A DNA stretch of 27,968 bases from a virus. Its lineage: Duplodnaviria > Heunggongvirae > Uroviricota > Caudoviricetes. The stretch lies in the IMG/VR virus record IMGVR_UViG_3300032245_000624. The stretch is one strand, 5' to 3'. Both the position numbers and the translations under genes were made by a program. Below, in pieces: positions 16,403-24,805 of the stretch; positions within the stretch are counted from its first letter, which is position 1; each line of letters begins with the position of its first letter. The notes below the pieces were generated by a model. That model ran no database searches. It was not told the origin of the DNA and saw only the letters and a list, made by a program, of their open reading frames with translations.

Positions 16403-17128
16403 TTGTCCAAGAGAAAGCAAAAAATAGCAATTCAACCAGTAGACAATACAATCAGTTTTCAAGATTATAGAACTCAACGCAAGCCAGTCACACTACTTCC
16501 CAAGAGCGTGAATCAGGAACGCTACATAGAACTTCTTTCAGACCCAGGGAAAGTTATTGTGTTTGCGACAGGCCCGGCTGGTACTGGCAAAACAATGCTA
16601 GCAGTGCTAGCCGCAATTAAAGCATTCAGAGCAGGTGAATGTAGTAAGATTGTTATCACACGCCCAGCAGTGGGGGTGGATGACGAAAGGCATGGTTTCT
16701 TGCCTGGCGATTTAAACGCTAAAATGGAACCTTGGACGCGACCTATTATGGACGTATTTCACGAATACTATAGGCCGCAAGACACCACCCGTATGCTAGA
16801 AGATCAACAGATTGAGATTTCTCCACTAGCATACATGCGAGGACGGACATTTAAAAATGCGTGGATAATTGCAGATGAAATGCAAAACGCGACCCCAGGT
16901 CAAATGAAGATGCTGTTAACTCGTTTAGGTGAAAATTCCAAGATACTGGTAACAGGTGACACGCGACAAGCAGACCGTAAAGAGAACGACAATGGCTTGT
17001 TAGACTTTAAAAGGTTAGTTGATGCGTACACCAAACAAAGATTTATTGGCGGCGTAGAATTTTCTGGTAAAGATATTCACCGTCATCCAGCAGTCGCGGA
17101 GGTGCTAAAAATATACGGTGAAATCTAA
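16403..17128 (+). CDS. phoH: PhoH family ATPase
   Basis: GPAGTGKT Walker A, ITRPAV, GFLPGDL..KMEPW, PLAYMRGRTF, IIADEMQNAT, LTRLGENSK, VTGD..QAD, RHPAV. Probable TTG start at 16403 after GGGAG; ORF track gives ATG at 16364. Confidence 0.93.
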   Translation: MSKRKQKIAIQPVDNTISFQDYRTQRKPVTLLPKSVNQERYIELLSDPGKVIVFATGPAGTGKTMLAVLAAIKAFRAGECSKIVITRPAVGVDDERHGFLPGDLNAKMEPWTRPIMDVFHEYYRPQDTTRMLEDQQIEISPLAYMRGRTFKNAWIIADEMQNATPGQMKMLLTRLGENSKILVTGDTRQADRKENDNGLLDFKRLVDAYTKQRFIGGVEFSGKDIHRHPAVAEVLKIYGEI

Positions 17129-17719
17129 TCAGTTGTGACTGGGAGAGATAATACCAAATATCTCTTTCCAGTTTTTAGCAATAGGGTACGGACAAGCATG
17201 ATTCATGTTGTGTCCGTGTTCTATTAGAACACTCTTAAGACCGCGTTCATAGCCAACATCGGCATTTTCCGGCTTGTCTTCAATCCACCAATACCCGGTG
17301 CCTTTGAACGCATCCAATGCTTCATGTTTATCACTACCTGTCTCTAAACAAATAACATCGTCAAACACATTGCCGTAATACTTTTCTAGGTTCATGCGGC
17401 GCAGTTTTTGTGCATTTTTGTCTGTTGAGAGGCTGGTAATGCAGATAAACCTGTAGCCAAACTCTTCATTTAATCGCTTGACCCAATACACGCTATCTCG
17501 TAGTGGTGGAAGAAATCCTATTGCGGCTGATTCGTTAAACAGCCTTGTGAATTTTTTAGCTTCAGGCGCACTTAGATTTTCAAACTGATCACTGATCTTA
17601 TAGTAGTCTTTGGCATTAGGACGTTGCACATAGCCACGTTCGGTCATCCAAATATTAAAAGCCCATTCCCAGTCCAACAATACACCGTCGCAATCAACGA
17701 GGATAATTTGATCATTCAT
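17129..17719 (-). CDS. HAD-superfamily hydrolase, 5'(3')-deoxyribonucleotidase-like
   Basis: Motif I LVDCDGVLLDW, motif II CITS, motif IV WIEDK. Confidence 0.8.
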   Translation of the reverse strand: MNDQIILVDCDGVLLDWEWAFNIWMTERGYVQRPNAKDYYKISDQFENLSAPEAKKFTRLFNESAAIGFLPPLRDSVYWVKRLNEEFGYRFICITSLSTDKNAQKLRRMNLEKYYGNVFDDVICLETGSDKHEALDAFKGTGYWWIEDKPENADVGYERGLKSVLIEHGHNMNHACPYPIAKNWKEIFGIISPSHN

Positions 17720-17739
17720 GACATACCTTGAAAGTAATT

Positions 17740-17757
17740 GGGGGACCGTAGTCCCCC
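17740..17757 (-). terminator. Stable hairpin downstream of dnaK
   Basis: GGGGGAC-TACG-GTCCCCC, 7-bp stem with C(UACG)G tetraloop; U-tract weak (AATTACTTT). Confidence 0.55.
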
Positions 17758-17764
17758 TTGTTGA

Positions 17765-19690
17765 TTATTTGCTGTCTTTTACTTCTGTAAACTCAGCGTC
17801 TACTACATTTTCTTTGGGCTCTGCATCAGCGGACTTACTGGCTTCTGGCGCCGCGGCTGCTTGTTTATCAGCTTCGGCCTTCTGCGAGATTTCCATCAAT
17901 GGCATGAACTTAGGAAAACTTTCTTCAATTGCTTTTTGAATTGCATCAGGATCATCACCTTTGATAGCTTCTTTCAAGAGATCCAATTGTTCATTGATAG
18001 AAGTTTTCTGCTCGTCCAACAACTTATCGCCGTGTTCTTTGAGGCTTTTCTCAACTCCCCACACTTGATGCTCTGCACCATTTCTTGCCTCGACCAACGC
18101 ACGTTGCTTCTTATCAGCATCTGCATTGGCTTCTGCATCCGCAACCATCTTTGCAATCTCAGCTTCAGTGAGACCTGAATTGGCCTTGATTGTGATGTTG
18201 TTTTCTTTGCCGGTGTTCTTGTCTTTAGCAGACACTTTAAGAATACCATTGGAGTCAACATCAAAGCTAACTTCAATCTGTGGAGTACCACGTGGTGCTG
18301 GAGCAATACCTTCCAGATTGAACTCGCCCAACAGTTTGTTGTGTTGAGCTATTTCACGTTCACCTTGGTATACCTTGATAGTAACAGCAGGCTGGTTGTC
18401 ATCGGCTGTAGAGAACACTTGACTCTGTTTGGTAGGAATTGTTGTGTTCTTGGTAATCAGCTTGCTCATTACACCGCCCATGGTTTCAATACCCAGTGAG
18501 AGTGGTGTGACATCTAGTAGCAACACATCTGTCTTGTCGCCACCTAACACAGCACCCTGAATGGCCGCACCCGCGGCAACTGCTTCGTCTGGGTTAACGT
18601 CCTTGCGCGGTGCCTTGCCAAAGAAGCTTTCTACATAGCCTTGTACCATTGGCATACGTGTCTGACCACCAACCAAGATAACATCATCAATGTCAGCGGC
18701 TGTTAGTCCTGCATCCTTTAATGCTTGACGGCATGGCTCAATTGAACGCTCTACTAGATCAGTAACCAGTGATTCAAATTTGCTACGACTCAGCTTGATT
18801 GCCATGTGTTTAGGACCACTTGCATCTGCTGTGATATATGGTAAGTTGACTTCTGTTTGTGCAGAGCTGGATAGTTCAATCTTGGCTTTTTCTGCGGCAT
18901 CCTTTAGACGTTGCAGTGCCAGTGTATCCTTGCTTAGGTCAACACCGTCGCTCTTGAGGAACTCGTCTACCAAGTAGTTGATAATAGCTTGGTCAAAGTC
19001 TTCGCCGCCTAGGAATGTATCTCCATTGGTAGCAAGTACTTCAAACTGCTTGTCGCCATCCACATTGGCAATTTCAATAATTGAAATATCAAATGTACCA
19101 CCGCCCAAGTCGTACACAGCAATCTTTTGATCTTTCTTGGCTGCTTTGTCCACACCATAAGCAAGAGCGGCCGCTGTGGGCTCATTGATAATTCGCAGAA
19201 CTTCTAGGCCAGCAATCTTACCAGCGTCTTTGGTTGCTTGGCGTTGACTGTCGTTGAAGTACGCAGGCACGGTGATAACTGCTTGAGTCACTTCGTGGCC
19301 CAAATAGTCCTCTGCGGTCTTCTTCATCTTGCGAAGAACTTCTGCTGAAATCTGTGGAGGTGCAAGGTCTTTACCACCTGCTTGAATCCAAGCATCACCG
19401 TTTTTTGCTTCGGTGATTTTGAAAGGCATTAGGTCAATGTCCTTTTGCACTTCCTTGTCTTTGAACTTGCGTCCAATTAAACGCTTGCTGGCAAAGATTG
19501 TATTTTTGGAGTTTGTTACTGCCTGGCGCTTTGCACTTGCGCCTACTAGAACTTCATCATTGGCGTATGCAACAATACTAGGTGTAGTACGTGCGCCTTC
19601 TGAATTTTCGATTACTTTATATTTGTCGCCTTCCATAATAGCGACACATGAGTTTGTGGTACCCAGATCGATACCGATGATTTTAGCCAT
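17765..19690 (-). CDS. dnaK: DnaK (Hsp70) chaperone
   Basis: [52 protein letters not shown]-terminal DAEFTEV; 641 aa; AAGGAG RBS. Confidence 0.97.
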   Translation of the reverse strand: MAKIIGIDLGTTNSCVAIMEGDKYKVIENSEGARTTPSIVAYANDEVLVGASAKRQAVTNSKNTIFASKRLIGRKFKDKEVQKDIDLMPFKITEAKNGDAWIQAGGKDLAPPQISAEVLRKMKKTAEDYLGHEVTQAVITVPAYFNDSQRQATKDAGKIAGLEVLRIINEPTAAALAYGVDKAAKKDQKIAVYDLGGGTFDISIIEIANVDGDKQFEVLATNGDTFLGGEDFDQAIINYLVDEFLKSDGVDLSKDTLALQRLKDAAEKAKIELSSSAQTEVNLPYITADASGPKHMAIKLSRSKFESLVTDLVERSIEPCRQALKDAGLTAADIDDVILVGGQTRMPMVQGYVESFFGKAPRKDVNPDEAVAAGAAIQGAVLGGDKTDVLLLDVTPLSLGIETMGGVMSKLITKNTTIPTKQSQVFSTADDNQPAVTIKVYQGEREIAQHNKLLGEFNLEGIAPAPRGTPQIEVSFDVDSNGILKVSAKDKNTGKENNITIKANSGLTEAEIAKMVADAEANADADKKQRALVEARNGAEHQVWGVEKSLKEHGDKLLDEQKTSINEQLDLLKEAIKGDDPDAIQKAIEESFPKFMPLMEISQKAEADKQAAAAPEASKSADAEPKENVVDAEFTEVKDSK

Positions 19691-19716
19691 TTTTTATCTC
19701 CTTAAACAAATGGTTT

Positions 19717-19747
19717 TTGCATACGGCCCTAGCGGCACCGTATGCAA
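19717..19747 (-). promoter_or_regulatory. 5' leader hairpin of dnaK
   Basis: Perfect 10-bp inverted repeat TTGCATACGG-N11-CCGTATGCAA directly after TAAATA. Confidence 0.5.
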
Positions 19748-19748
19748 T

Positions 19749-19754
19749 TATTTA
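19749..19754 (-). promoter_or_regulatory. TAAATA late-promoter-like motif for dnaK
   Basis: ATAAATA upstream of the leader hairpin. Confidence 0.55.
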
Positions 19755-19781
19755 TCTCTAATTTTATAGGAGTTTACAAAG

Positions 19782-20066
19782 TTAAGCAATAGTCAATGGG
19801 CCCGTTTTCTTGGCTGGGTGATCTTCCATCCAACGTAGTACCACAGCTTCGTTGCCCCAACAACCCGCTGGTGCTTCGTTGTATACCCAACCAGTGATGT
19901 CTTTGATAGCAACAAAGTTATCTTTGTCAGCACGGCCAATTGCACCCATTAGATCATTGCTCAATACACTGTACAAAAACCCGCCAGTTTGAATACCGCG
20001 TTCAATGTAATCTGTCAGCGCCTGTTTGGTACTGTCAGGTATATTGTAACCAGAAAAATCAAGCAT
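19782..20066 (-). CDS. Hypothetical protein, 94 aa
   Basis: Likely start MLDFSGY at 20066 (AGAGG RBS, 8-nt overlap with upstream gene). Confidence 0.7.
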   Translation of the reverse strand: MLDFSGYNIPDSTKQALTDYIERGIQTGGFLYSVLSNDLMGAIGRADKDNFVAIKDITGWVYNEAPAGCWGNEAVVLRWMEDHPAKKTGPLTIA

Positions 20067-20448
20067 TGATAGCCTCTTTATTGATAACAAATCGATACAT
20101 GGGTTCTACTTCACGCAAGAAGTCTTCGCCCACATCCATGCTCACAAAGTTGTAACCTTGCATGCCTTGTTCACTGTAGGTAATGTCCTCGCAGGCTTGG
20201 CTGGTAAAGCCCAGGCTACGCATGAGCGCACGGAACTCATCAATCCAGCGTGGATCGGTATAGATAAGTCCGTTAGCATCACAGTTCCAAGTCTTGGTGT
20301 CAAATCTTGCACACAGTTCGCCAAAGTCACCCTCATCGTTGACGTTGCGTAAGTACACCTCAAGGACGGTAACAGGCGTTGCAAAGGTTGTCCAGTAGCC
20401 TTTGCCGTCTGTATGAGTTTGCCAATTTACTTTTTTTTCAAATTCCAT
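20059..20448 (-). CDS. Hypothetical protein, 129 aa
   Basis: AAGGA RBS, directly downstream of a consensus sigma70 promoter. Confidence 0.75.
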   Translation of the reverse strand: MEFEKKVNWQTHTDGKGYWTTFATPVTVLEVYLRNVNDEGDFGELCARFDTKTWNCDANGLIYTDPRWIDEFRALMRSLGFTSQACEDITYSEQGMQGYNFVSMDVGEDFLREVEPMYRFVINKEAINA

Positions 20449-20472
20449 TTTATAAATCCTTAATATGTGTAT

Positions 20473-20501
20473 ATTATAGCTTGTTTTGGTGTTTGTGTCA
20501 A
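20473..20501 (-). promoter_or_regulatory. Perfect-consensus sigma70 promoter
   Basis: TTGACA (20501-20496), 17 nt, TATAAT (20478-20473). Confidence 0.85.
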
Positions 20502-20962
20502 GCCCAATATTTCATAGCAAAAAATGCAACACCTGCCCAAAAAATCACACCCATTGGATGACGGAATGCAACCGCAAGATCCTGACGACTAGGGTAACTG
20601 CCTGATGCCACACTTGCGGCCAAAAACAACAGACCCAGGCTTGTCCAACTTAACTCCAGATCCATATGGTGCAGAATAAACATGCTCACCGCAGGAGCCA
20701 ACATGGGTGCTAGTGCAGTTGGCATGGCATTGAACCAGGTTATATTAGTAAAAGACACACTGCCTAGTTGCCTATATCCATCAGCATCTGCCTTGCTGGG
20801 CATGACGTTGAAATCGTAGGGCTCGGCTCCTAGCACTCTGCCCACACCATAGTGTAAAGTTTCGTGTACCACAGTTCCAGGCCAGGCCACGAACCAAAAG
20901 TGTTCGTGCCCACGCAAACGAGTGATCATGAATCCTAACAGTAATGCTGACAGCAACAACAT
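20498..20962 (-). CDS. Membrane protein with HExxH motif (M50-like zinc metalloprotease)
   Basis: WPGTVVHETLHY next to a TM helix, LGSV, TALAPML, PSRQDL; several hydrophobic segments. Confidence 0.65.
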   Translation of the reverse strand: MLLLSALLLGFMITRLRGHEHFWFVAWPGTVVHETLHYGVGRVLGAEPYDFNVMPSKADADGYRQLGSVSFTNITWFNAMPTALAPMLAPAVSMFILHHMDLELSWTSLGLLFLAASVASGSYPSRQDLAVAFRHPMGVIFWAGVAFFAMKYWA

Positions 20963-20963
20963 C

Positions 20964-21095
20964 TTAGAGTCCGTTTACCAACATACAAAAAACAAAACCT
21001 GCCGCAAAGGTGCATGTGTACATCACAGCACGGTCACCTGCTTCTGGGCTAGGCACAGGAATCGCATCAATAAGTTTCACTAGAAAGTTTGTCAT
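20964..21095 (-). CDS. Small membrane protein, 43 aa
   Basis: Likely start MTNFLV at 21095 after GGAG; C-terminal hydrophobic helix. Confidence 0.55.
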   Translation of the reverse strand: MTNFLVKLIDAIPVPSPEAGDRAVMYTCTFAAGFVFCMLVNGL

Positions 21096-21096
21096 T

Positions 21097-21381
21097 TTAC
21101 ATACTCCAATAAAGTTCGGTACTAGGATCGCACGAACGAGGAGTGTCATGCGGGATTTGAATTTCTTTGCCAGTCATCAAGTTCTTCACAGTCTTCATGG
21201 TTGGCACGAACTCGATACGGAAACCCTTGTGGATTGGATAGAGTTCGTATTGCAGTTCACGCACCTCGCGCTTCATTTCTGCCTCGTCGCGATGTTGCCA
21301 AACTGTGGTACTAACCAGGCGCTCGCCTGACTTCTTGCGAGCATCCTTTTTGTAGATGTACATGGTGTGATTCTGTTTCAT
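21097..21381 (-). CDS. Hypothetical protein, 94 aa
   Basis: GGAGG RBS; tightly packed; no family recognised. Confidence 0.75.
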   Translation of the reverse strand: MKQNHTMYIYKKDARKKSGERLVSTTVWQHRDEAEMKREVRELQYELYPIHKGFRIEFVPTMKTVKNLMTGKEIQIPHDTPRSCDPSTELYWSM

Positions 21382-21382
21382 A

Positions 21383-21616
21383 TTAAGCCTCCACTGAACG
21401 ACGAGCTTCCATCATTTCTGACAGGATAAATTTTGCAATGTTCATCTGCTTGCGGGCGGCATCTGAACGACCCATTGCCAACAGTTCTTGTGCATCACTC
21501 AGCACACCCATTGCAACCATTTCTAGTCCGCTGAATCTAGCGGTAATTGATTCCATGTATTCTTCACGGATATCAGCTTCTGTCATACCGTAGCAGTTTT
21601 TTTCGAATTCAGTCAT
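21383..21616 (-). CDS. Hypothetical protein, 77 aa
   Basis: Likely start MTEFEK at 21616 after AAGGAG. Confidence 0.75.
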   Translation of the reverse strand: MTEFEKNCYGMTEADIREEYMESITARFSGLEMVAMGVLSDAQELLAMGRSDAARKQMNIAKFILSEMMEARRSVEA

Positions 21617-21645
21617 TTCAGCTCCTTTTTGTTTACTATGAATAT

Positions 21646-21674
21646 AGTATAGCAAAACGGGTAGATTTGGTCAA
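21646..21674 (-). promoter_or_regulatory. sigma70 promoter with A-tract-rich upstream region
   Basis: TTGACC (21674-21669), 17 nt, TATACT (21651-21646) preceded by TGC; A-tracts upstream to about 21750. Confidence 0.8.
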
Positions 21675-21751
21675 CCGTTTTTAAGGTGCTGTAAGTGCTT
21701 GATTTTTGGGGGATTTTTGAGCAAAAATTGTTGTTTTTTTGCTACTTTTGC

Positions 21752-21994
21752 TTACTTTTTAAGCACTACCCGTTGTTGTAGTGCGTCTAAGTAGTTGGTT
21801 TGGGCACGTAGTTTGCGTTCTAACTCGTGTATTTTGCGCCGCATGAATTCCATTTCGGTTTGCATACTCTGTGCATCTGCTGTGATGCCCTTGATAGTTT
21901 TCTCATGACTCAGCAGGTTAGGGCGCGGTGGTGCGTTTGGGTCCACTTCACGTTTCTTTTTGGCCCGCATGGCCTTGAGCATATTTGGGTGCAT
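21752..21994 (-). CDS. Basic coiled-coil hypothetical protein, 80 aa
   Basis: Lys/Arg-rich N-terminus, heptad C-terminus; TAAATA at 22004-22009 upstream. Confidence 0.7.
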   Translation of the reverse strand: MHPNMLKAMRAKKKREVDPNAPPRPNLLSHEKTIKGITADAQSMQTEMEFMRRKIHELERKLRAQTNYLDALQQRVVLKK

Positions 21995-22317
21995 TATAAC
22001 AAATATTTATCGTCTAACACACCAGGTACTTTGACGACCACAGTGTGGGTATCTTCAAGGTAATGACATTCGCACATATCACCTGGTTCCATGACAATGA
22101 TATCACCAGCTGTGTATTCTTGTCCACTCATCACAACTCGCCCACTGGCAATGAGATTTATTTCTGTTGCGATTTTATGGGTGTGAGGCGCACATGACTC
22201 GCCTTTAGAATTGAACTGATAGGCCACTTCGCAGGCATTGGTTTTGAACACAGCCTTTTCAAACTGCCCAACAAACCAACCACGATCACCTGAATTACTG
22301 AGCTTGTGTTTCTGCAT
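21994..22317 (-). CDS. Cupin-domain protein
   Basis: GWFVG, APHTHKIATEINLIASG (H-x-H...E metal site), GDIIVMEPGD. Confidence 0.75.
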   Translation of the reverse strand: MQKHKLSNSGDRGWFVGQFEKAVFKTNACEVAYQFNSKGESCAPHTHKIATEINLIASGRVVMSGQEYTAGDIIVMEPGDMCECHYLEDTHTVVVKVPGVLDDKYLL

Positions 22318-22741
22318 TGATTACTGCTTCCTGTATAGAGGCTGTTGAAATAGTTCCTGAGGGCAGTTGTGATCCTGGCATGATTTCAGGTTGCTCGTCT
22401 TGTATTTTTTCTAGTTTTTTGGCCAGGGTTTCGATATACTCTGGATCTAGGGTAACCATCACGGGCATGATATACTTGTGGTAGTTTACAAAGTAATACT
22501 CAAAGATTTCGTCAAAATTTCTGTTGTCATTGAACTTGTTTGTGACCACAGTTTTTTCTTTTAGGTCAATGATCAACTGTGCGTTCATGTCCTTGGGTTT
22601 TACCACTCTACCAACTTCAACTTTTTCGTCGTACATCACATTGTCAGGATTGTCCATCCAGCCTTTTTGACTGGTGTTAACACCGGGGCGTGGCTTTTTA
22701 AAATACTGCACAATTAGAAAAATAGATTTTTTATTCATCAT
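22295..22741 (-). CDS. Hypothetical protein, 148 aa
   Basis: ATGA overlap with clamp-loader gene; no family recognised. Confidence 0.75.
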   Translation of the reverse strand: MMNKKSIFLIVQYFKKPRPGVNTSQKGWMDNPDNVMYDEKVEVGRVVKPKDMNAQLIIDLKEKTVVTNKFNDNRNFDEIFEYYFVNYHKYIMPVMVTLDPEYIETLAKKLEKIQDEQPEIMPGSQLPSGTISTASIQEAVINAETQAQ

Positions 22742-23652
22742 AGTTGACTCAATTCAATAATAGTTGCACTCAAGTTAATTTCGCTGTCGGCACAGGTTGC
22801 GTTCTGTACCAGTCCTTTGCGTATCACAAGAATAGCTTCATCTTGCTTTTCTTGTGTGTTTCCCCACAGTTCCAGGTTATCATACATCCAACGGAAGATC
22901 TCTTCCATTTCATCGGGACGTACATTTGCACACAGCAGTTTCCTAGCATCATTCACACGTTTGGCCTTGAACAGATCCACTACCTTGACTTTGAAATCAT
23001 CTGTGCCGTCTTCCTGCGAAGCTTCTGCCAGTTGCCCGGTTGCTGAACCTGACTGTAGTAGGTTTAGACATTTACGAAGATCTGGGTAAGTGGCCTTGAC
23101 ATAGCTGTCTAGTACGTCAAGATCAAAGTTGACTTTTTCCTCAACCAAGATAGTTGCAACACGAGCAGTGAACTCCACTGGGTCAGTGCTGTCAATATGA
23201 AATCCTTGGCAACGAGATTTCAGTGCTGGAATGATATAGTGCAGTTTGTTACAGGTAAGAATAAATCTTGCTGTGCTGGCGTACTGTTCCATTAAGCCAC
23301 GCAGAATAGCCTGTGCATTGTGACTGAGGTAGTCTGCCTCGTCTAGTAACACTACCTTGAACTCGCCAAACGGCATGGTTTGTACAAAGCCTTCTACTTT
23401 TTCTTTGAGGAAGTCCACACCGTTGTTTCTACTGGCGTTGACTTGTAAAAAGTCATATTCGTCCAGTTCCATGGCATTTACGAGAACCTTGGCCAGTGTG
23501 GTTTTGCCTGTGCCTGGCGGCCCGCTTAACAACAGGTGAGGAATACTTTTCTCTTTAACCCATTGTTCTACTGTGTTGCGTTGATTGTCAGTTTGAAACA
23601 CATACTCGCTGACATTCTTTGGACGATACTTTTCAACCCATAATTCTTTCAT
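22738..23652 (-). CDS. Sliding-clamp loader ATPase subunit (RFC small subunit / T4 gp44-like)
   Basis: LWVEKYRP, PHLLLSGPPGTGKTT, NAS, VVLLDEADYLS..AQAILR, FILTCN, IIPALKSRC, PDLRKCLNLLQ. Confidence 0.92.
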   Translation of the reverse strand: MKELWVEKYRPKNVSEYVFQTDNQRNTVEQWVKEKSIPHLLLSGPPGTGKTTLAKVLVNAMELDEYDFLQVNASRNNGVDFLKEKVEGFVQTMPFGEFKVVLLDEADYLSHNAQAILRGLMEQYASTARFILTCNKLHYIIPALKSRCQGFHIDSTDPVEFTARVATILVEEKVNFDLDVLDSYVKATYPDLRKCLNLLQSGSATGQLAEASQEDGTDDFKVKVVDLFKAKRVNDARKLLCANVRPDEMEEIFRWMYDNLELWGNTQEKQDEAILVIRKGLVQNATCADSEINLSATIIELSQL

Positions 23653-23659
23653 TTAAACC

Positions 23660-23881
23660 TCACCTTTTGAGAATTTGTACAATTCGTTCTTGTTCCCACT
23701 TTTCCTCGCCGGCGTATGTGGGCAACTTAGCATATTCATCTTCTAGCCAGCATTTTAACATATACAGTTCATGTTTGCAATGGCTTCCGGTAAAACCGTC
23801 GTTGGCCGGATGAGAAATTTCGTAGATGCTTTTTCGAATTTCTCTATAAGCAGGTTCTAGGTCTGGTTTTTGAAATCCCAT
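23660..23881 (-). CDS. Hypothetical protein, 73 aa
   Basis: Likely start MGFQKP at 23881; TAAATA at 23934-23939 upstream. Confidence 0.65.
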   Translation of the reverse strand: MGFQKPDLEPAYREIRKSIYEISHPANDGFTGSHCKHELYMLKCWLEDEYAKLPTYAGEEKWEQERIVQILKR

Positions 23882-23936
23882 ACTTTGGTCATTGATAATT
23901 AACACAACATTCAATGTTGGTATAAAAATATTCTAT

Positions 23937-24362
23937 TTAACGCTCTTTTTTAGCAACACTCACAGCAGTTGAAATAGTTTCGTCTATGTCTGGCTGTTCA
24001 TCTGACACAAACAAAATGCAGGCTGGGTCTACACGGCGGATAGTAAATGTTTCGTCGTTGACTTCGACTTCTAGTCCCCGACTCCAGCGACCATGTTCTA
24101 CCAAGATCCATTGTCCTGGCTCAACATCCTGTTGCTCTGGTCCAGTAGCATATACCTGGGCCCAGCGTGGGCGAATACCTTCGCTCTTTCCGTCGTCGCT
24201 GAGTAGTACAATGCCACTGGCTAGCTTGCGACCTGAGAAGTCCATGTCTCGTACAATCACGTTGTTTTTAAGTGGAACCAGTCGTCCAATTTTGTGAGTG
24301 AACTTAACTGACCCGCCTGCATCAAACAGGCCTTCTCCGAGTGTTTTGGTTGTTTTGGCCAT
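23937..24362 (-). CDS. groES: GroES/Cpn10-like co-chaperonin
   Basis: LVPLKNNVIV...LASGIVL...AQVYATGP...VEPGQWIL matches the Cpn10 pattern (PL.D.V.V, SGI.L, V.AVGPG, V..GD.VL); N- and C-terminal extensions. Confidence 0.8.
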   Translation of the reverse strand: MAKTTKTLGEGLFDAGGSVKFTHKIGRLVPLKNNVIVRDMDFSGRKLASGIVLLSDDGKSEGIRPRWAQVYATGPEQQDVEPGQWILVEHGRWSRGLEVEVNDETFTIRRVDPACILFVSDEQPDIDETISTAVSVAKKER

Positions 24363-24779
24363 TTAAATCCTCGATGGTCCAGACTTCTTAGGTGTTAGTA
24401 CCTTTTGCTCCACTGTGGCAGTTTTAGCAACAGCGTCAGCTAGACTACCACGTAGCTTTTTACCAACTGGCATTTCTGCGTCCTGTTCAGCAATTTCTGG
24501 ATCTAGGTCAGCAACATCATCAACCTCAGGCTGACGTTGCATTTGTGCAATTTCGCGATCACGTGCGGCAACACTTTCTTCTGTGTACACAGCATTAGAC
24601 TGATAATGGTCTTGCATGACTTCGTTGCGTGTACGCACAACAGTACCACCTGGTCCTAGTTCGTCGCCGCGAGCATTCACTTTCATGTTGCCTACTGCGA
24701 TTGTTTCTTCGTTTTGCAAACGTAGCATATCCACGTCAATGGACTTGCCTTGTGCAGTTCTGTAAATTTTTCTATTCAT
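24363..24779 (-). CDS. Hypothetical protein, 138 aa
   Basis: AAGGAG RBS; TAAATA at 24803-24808; YRTAQGK...AVGNMKVNARGDELGPGG core. Confidence 0.8.
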   Translation of the reverse strand: MNRKIYRTAQGKSIDVDMLRLQNEETIAVGNMKVNARGDELGPGGTVVRTRNEVMQDHYQSNAVYTEESVAARDREIAQMQRQPEVDDVADLDPEIAEQDAEMPVGKKLRGSLADAVAKTATVEQKVLTPKKSGPSRI

Positions 24780-24805
24780 TTTAGAAATCTCCTTGGTTTG
24801 GGTAT

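Noticed and set aside
19717-19747. CIRCE operator or classical RNA thermometer at dnaK
   Set aside because: Sequence does not match TTAGCACTC-N9-GAGTGCTAA and the RBS is outside the stem; kept only as an unassigned hairpin.
21690-21752. AGCAAAAA/TTTTTGCT hairpin and GCAAAAGTA repeats as an origin or terminator
   Set aside because: AT-only stem and short degenerate repeats are adequately explained as A-tract sequence upstream of the sigma70 promoter.
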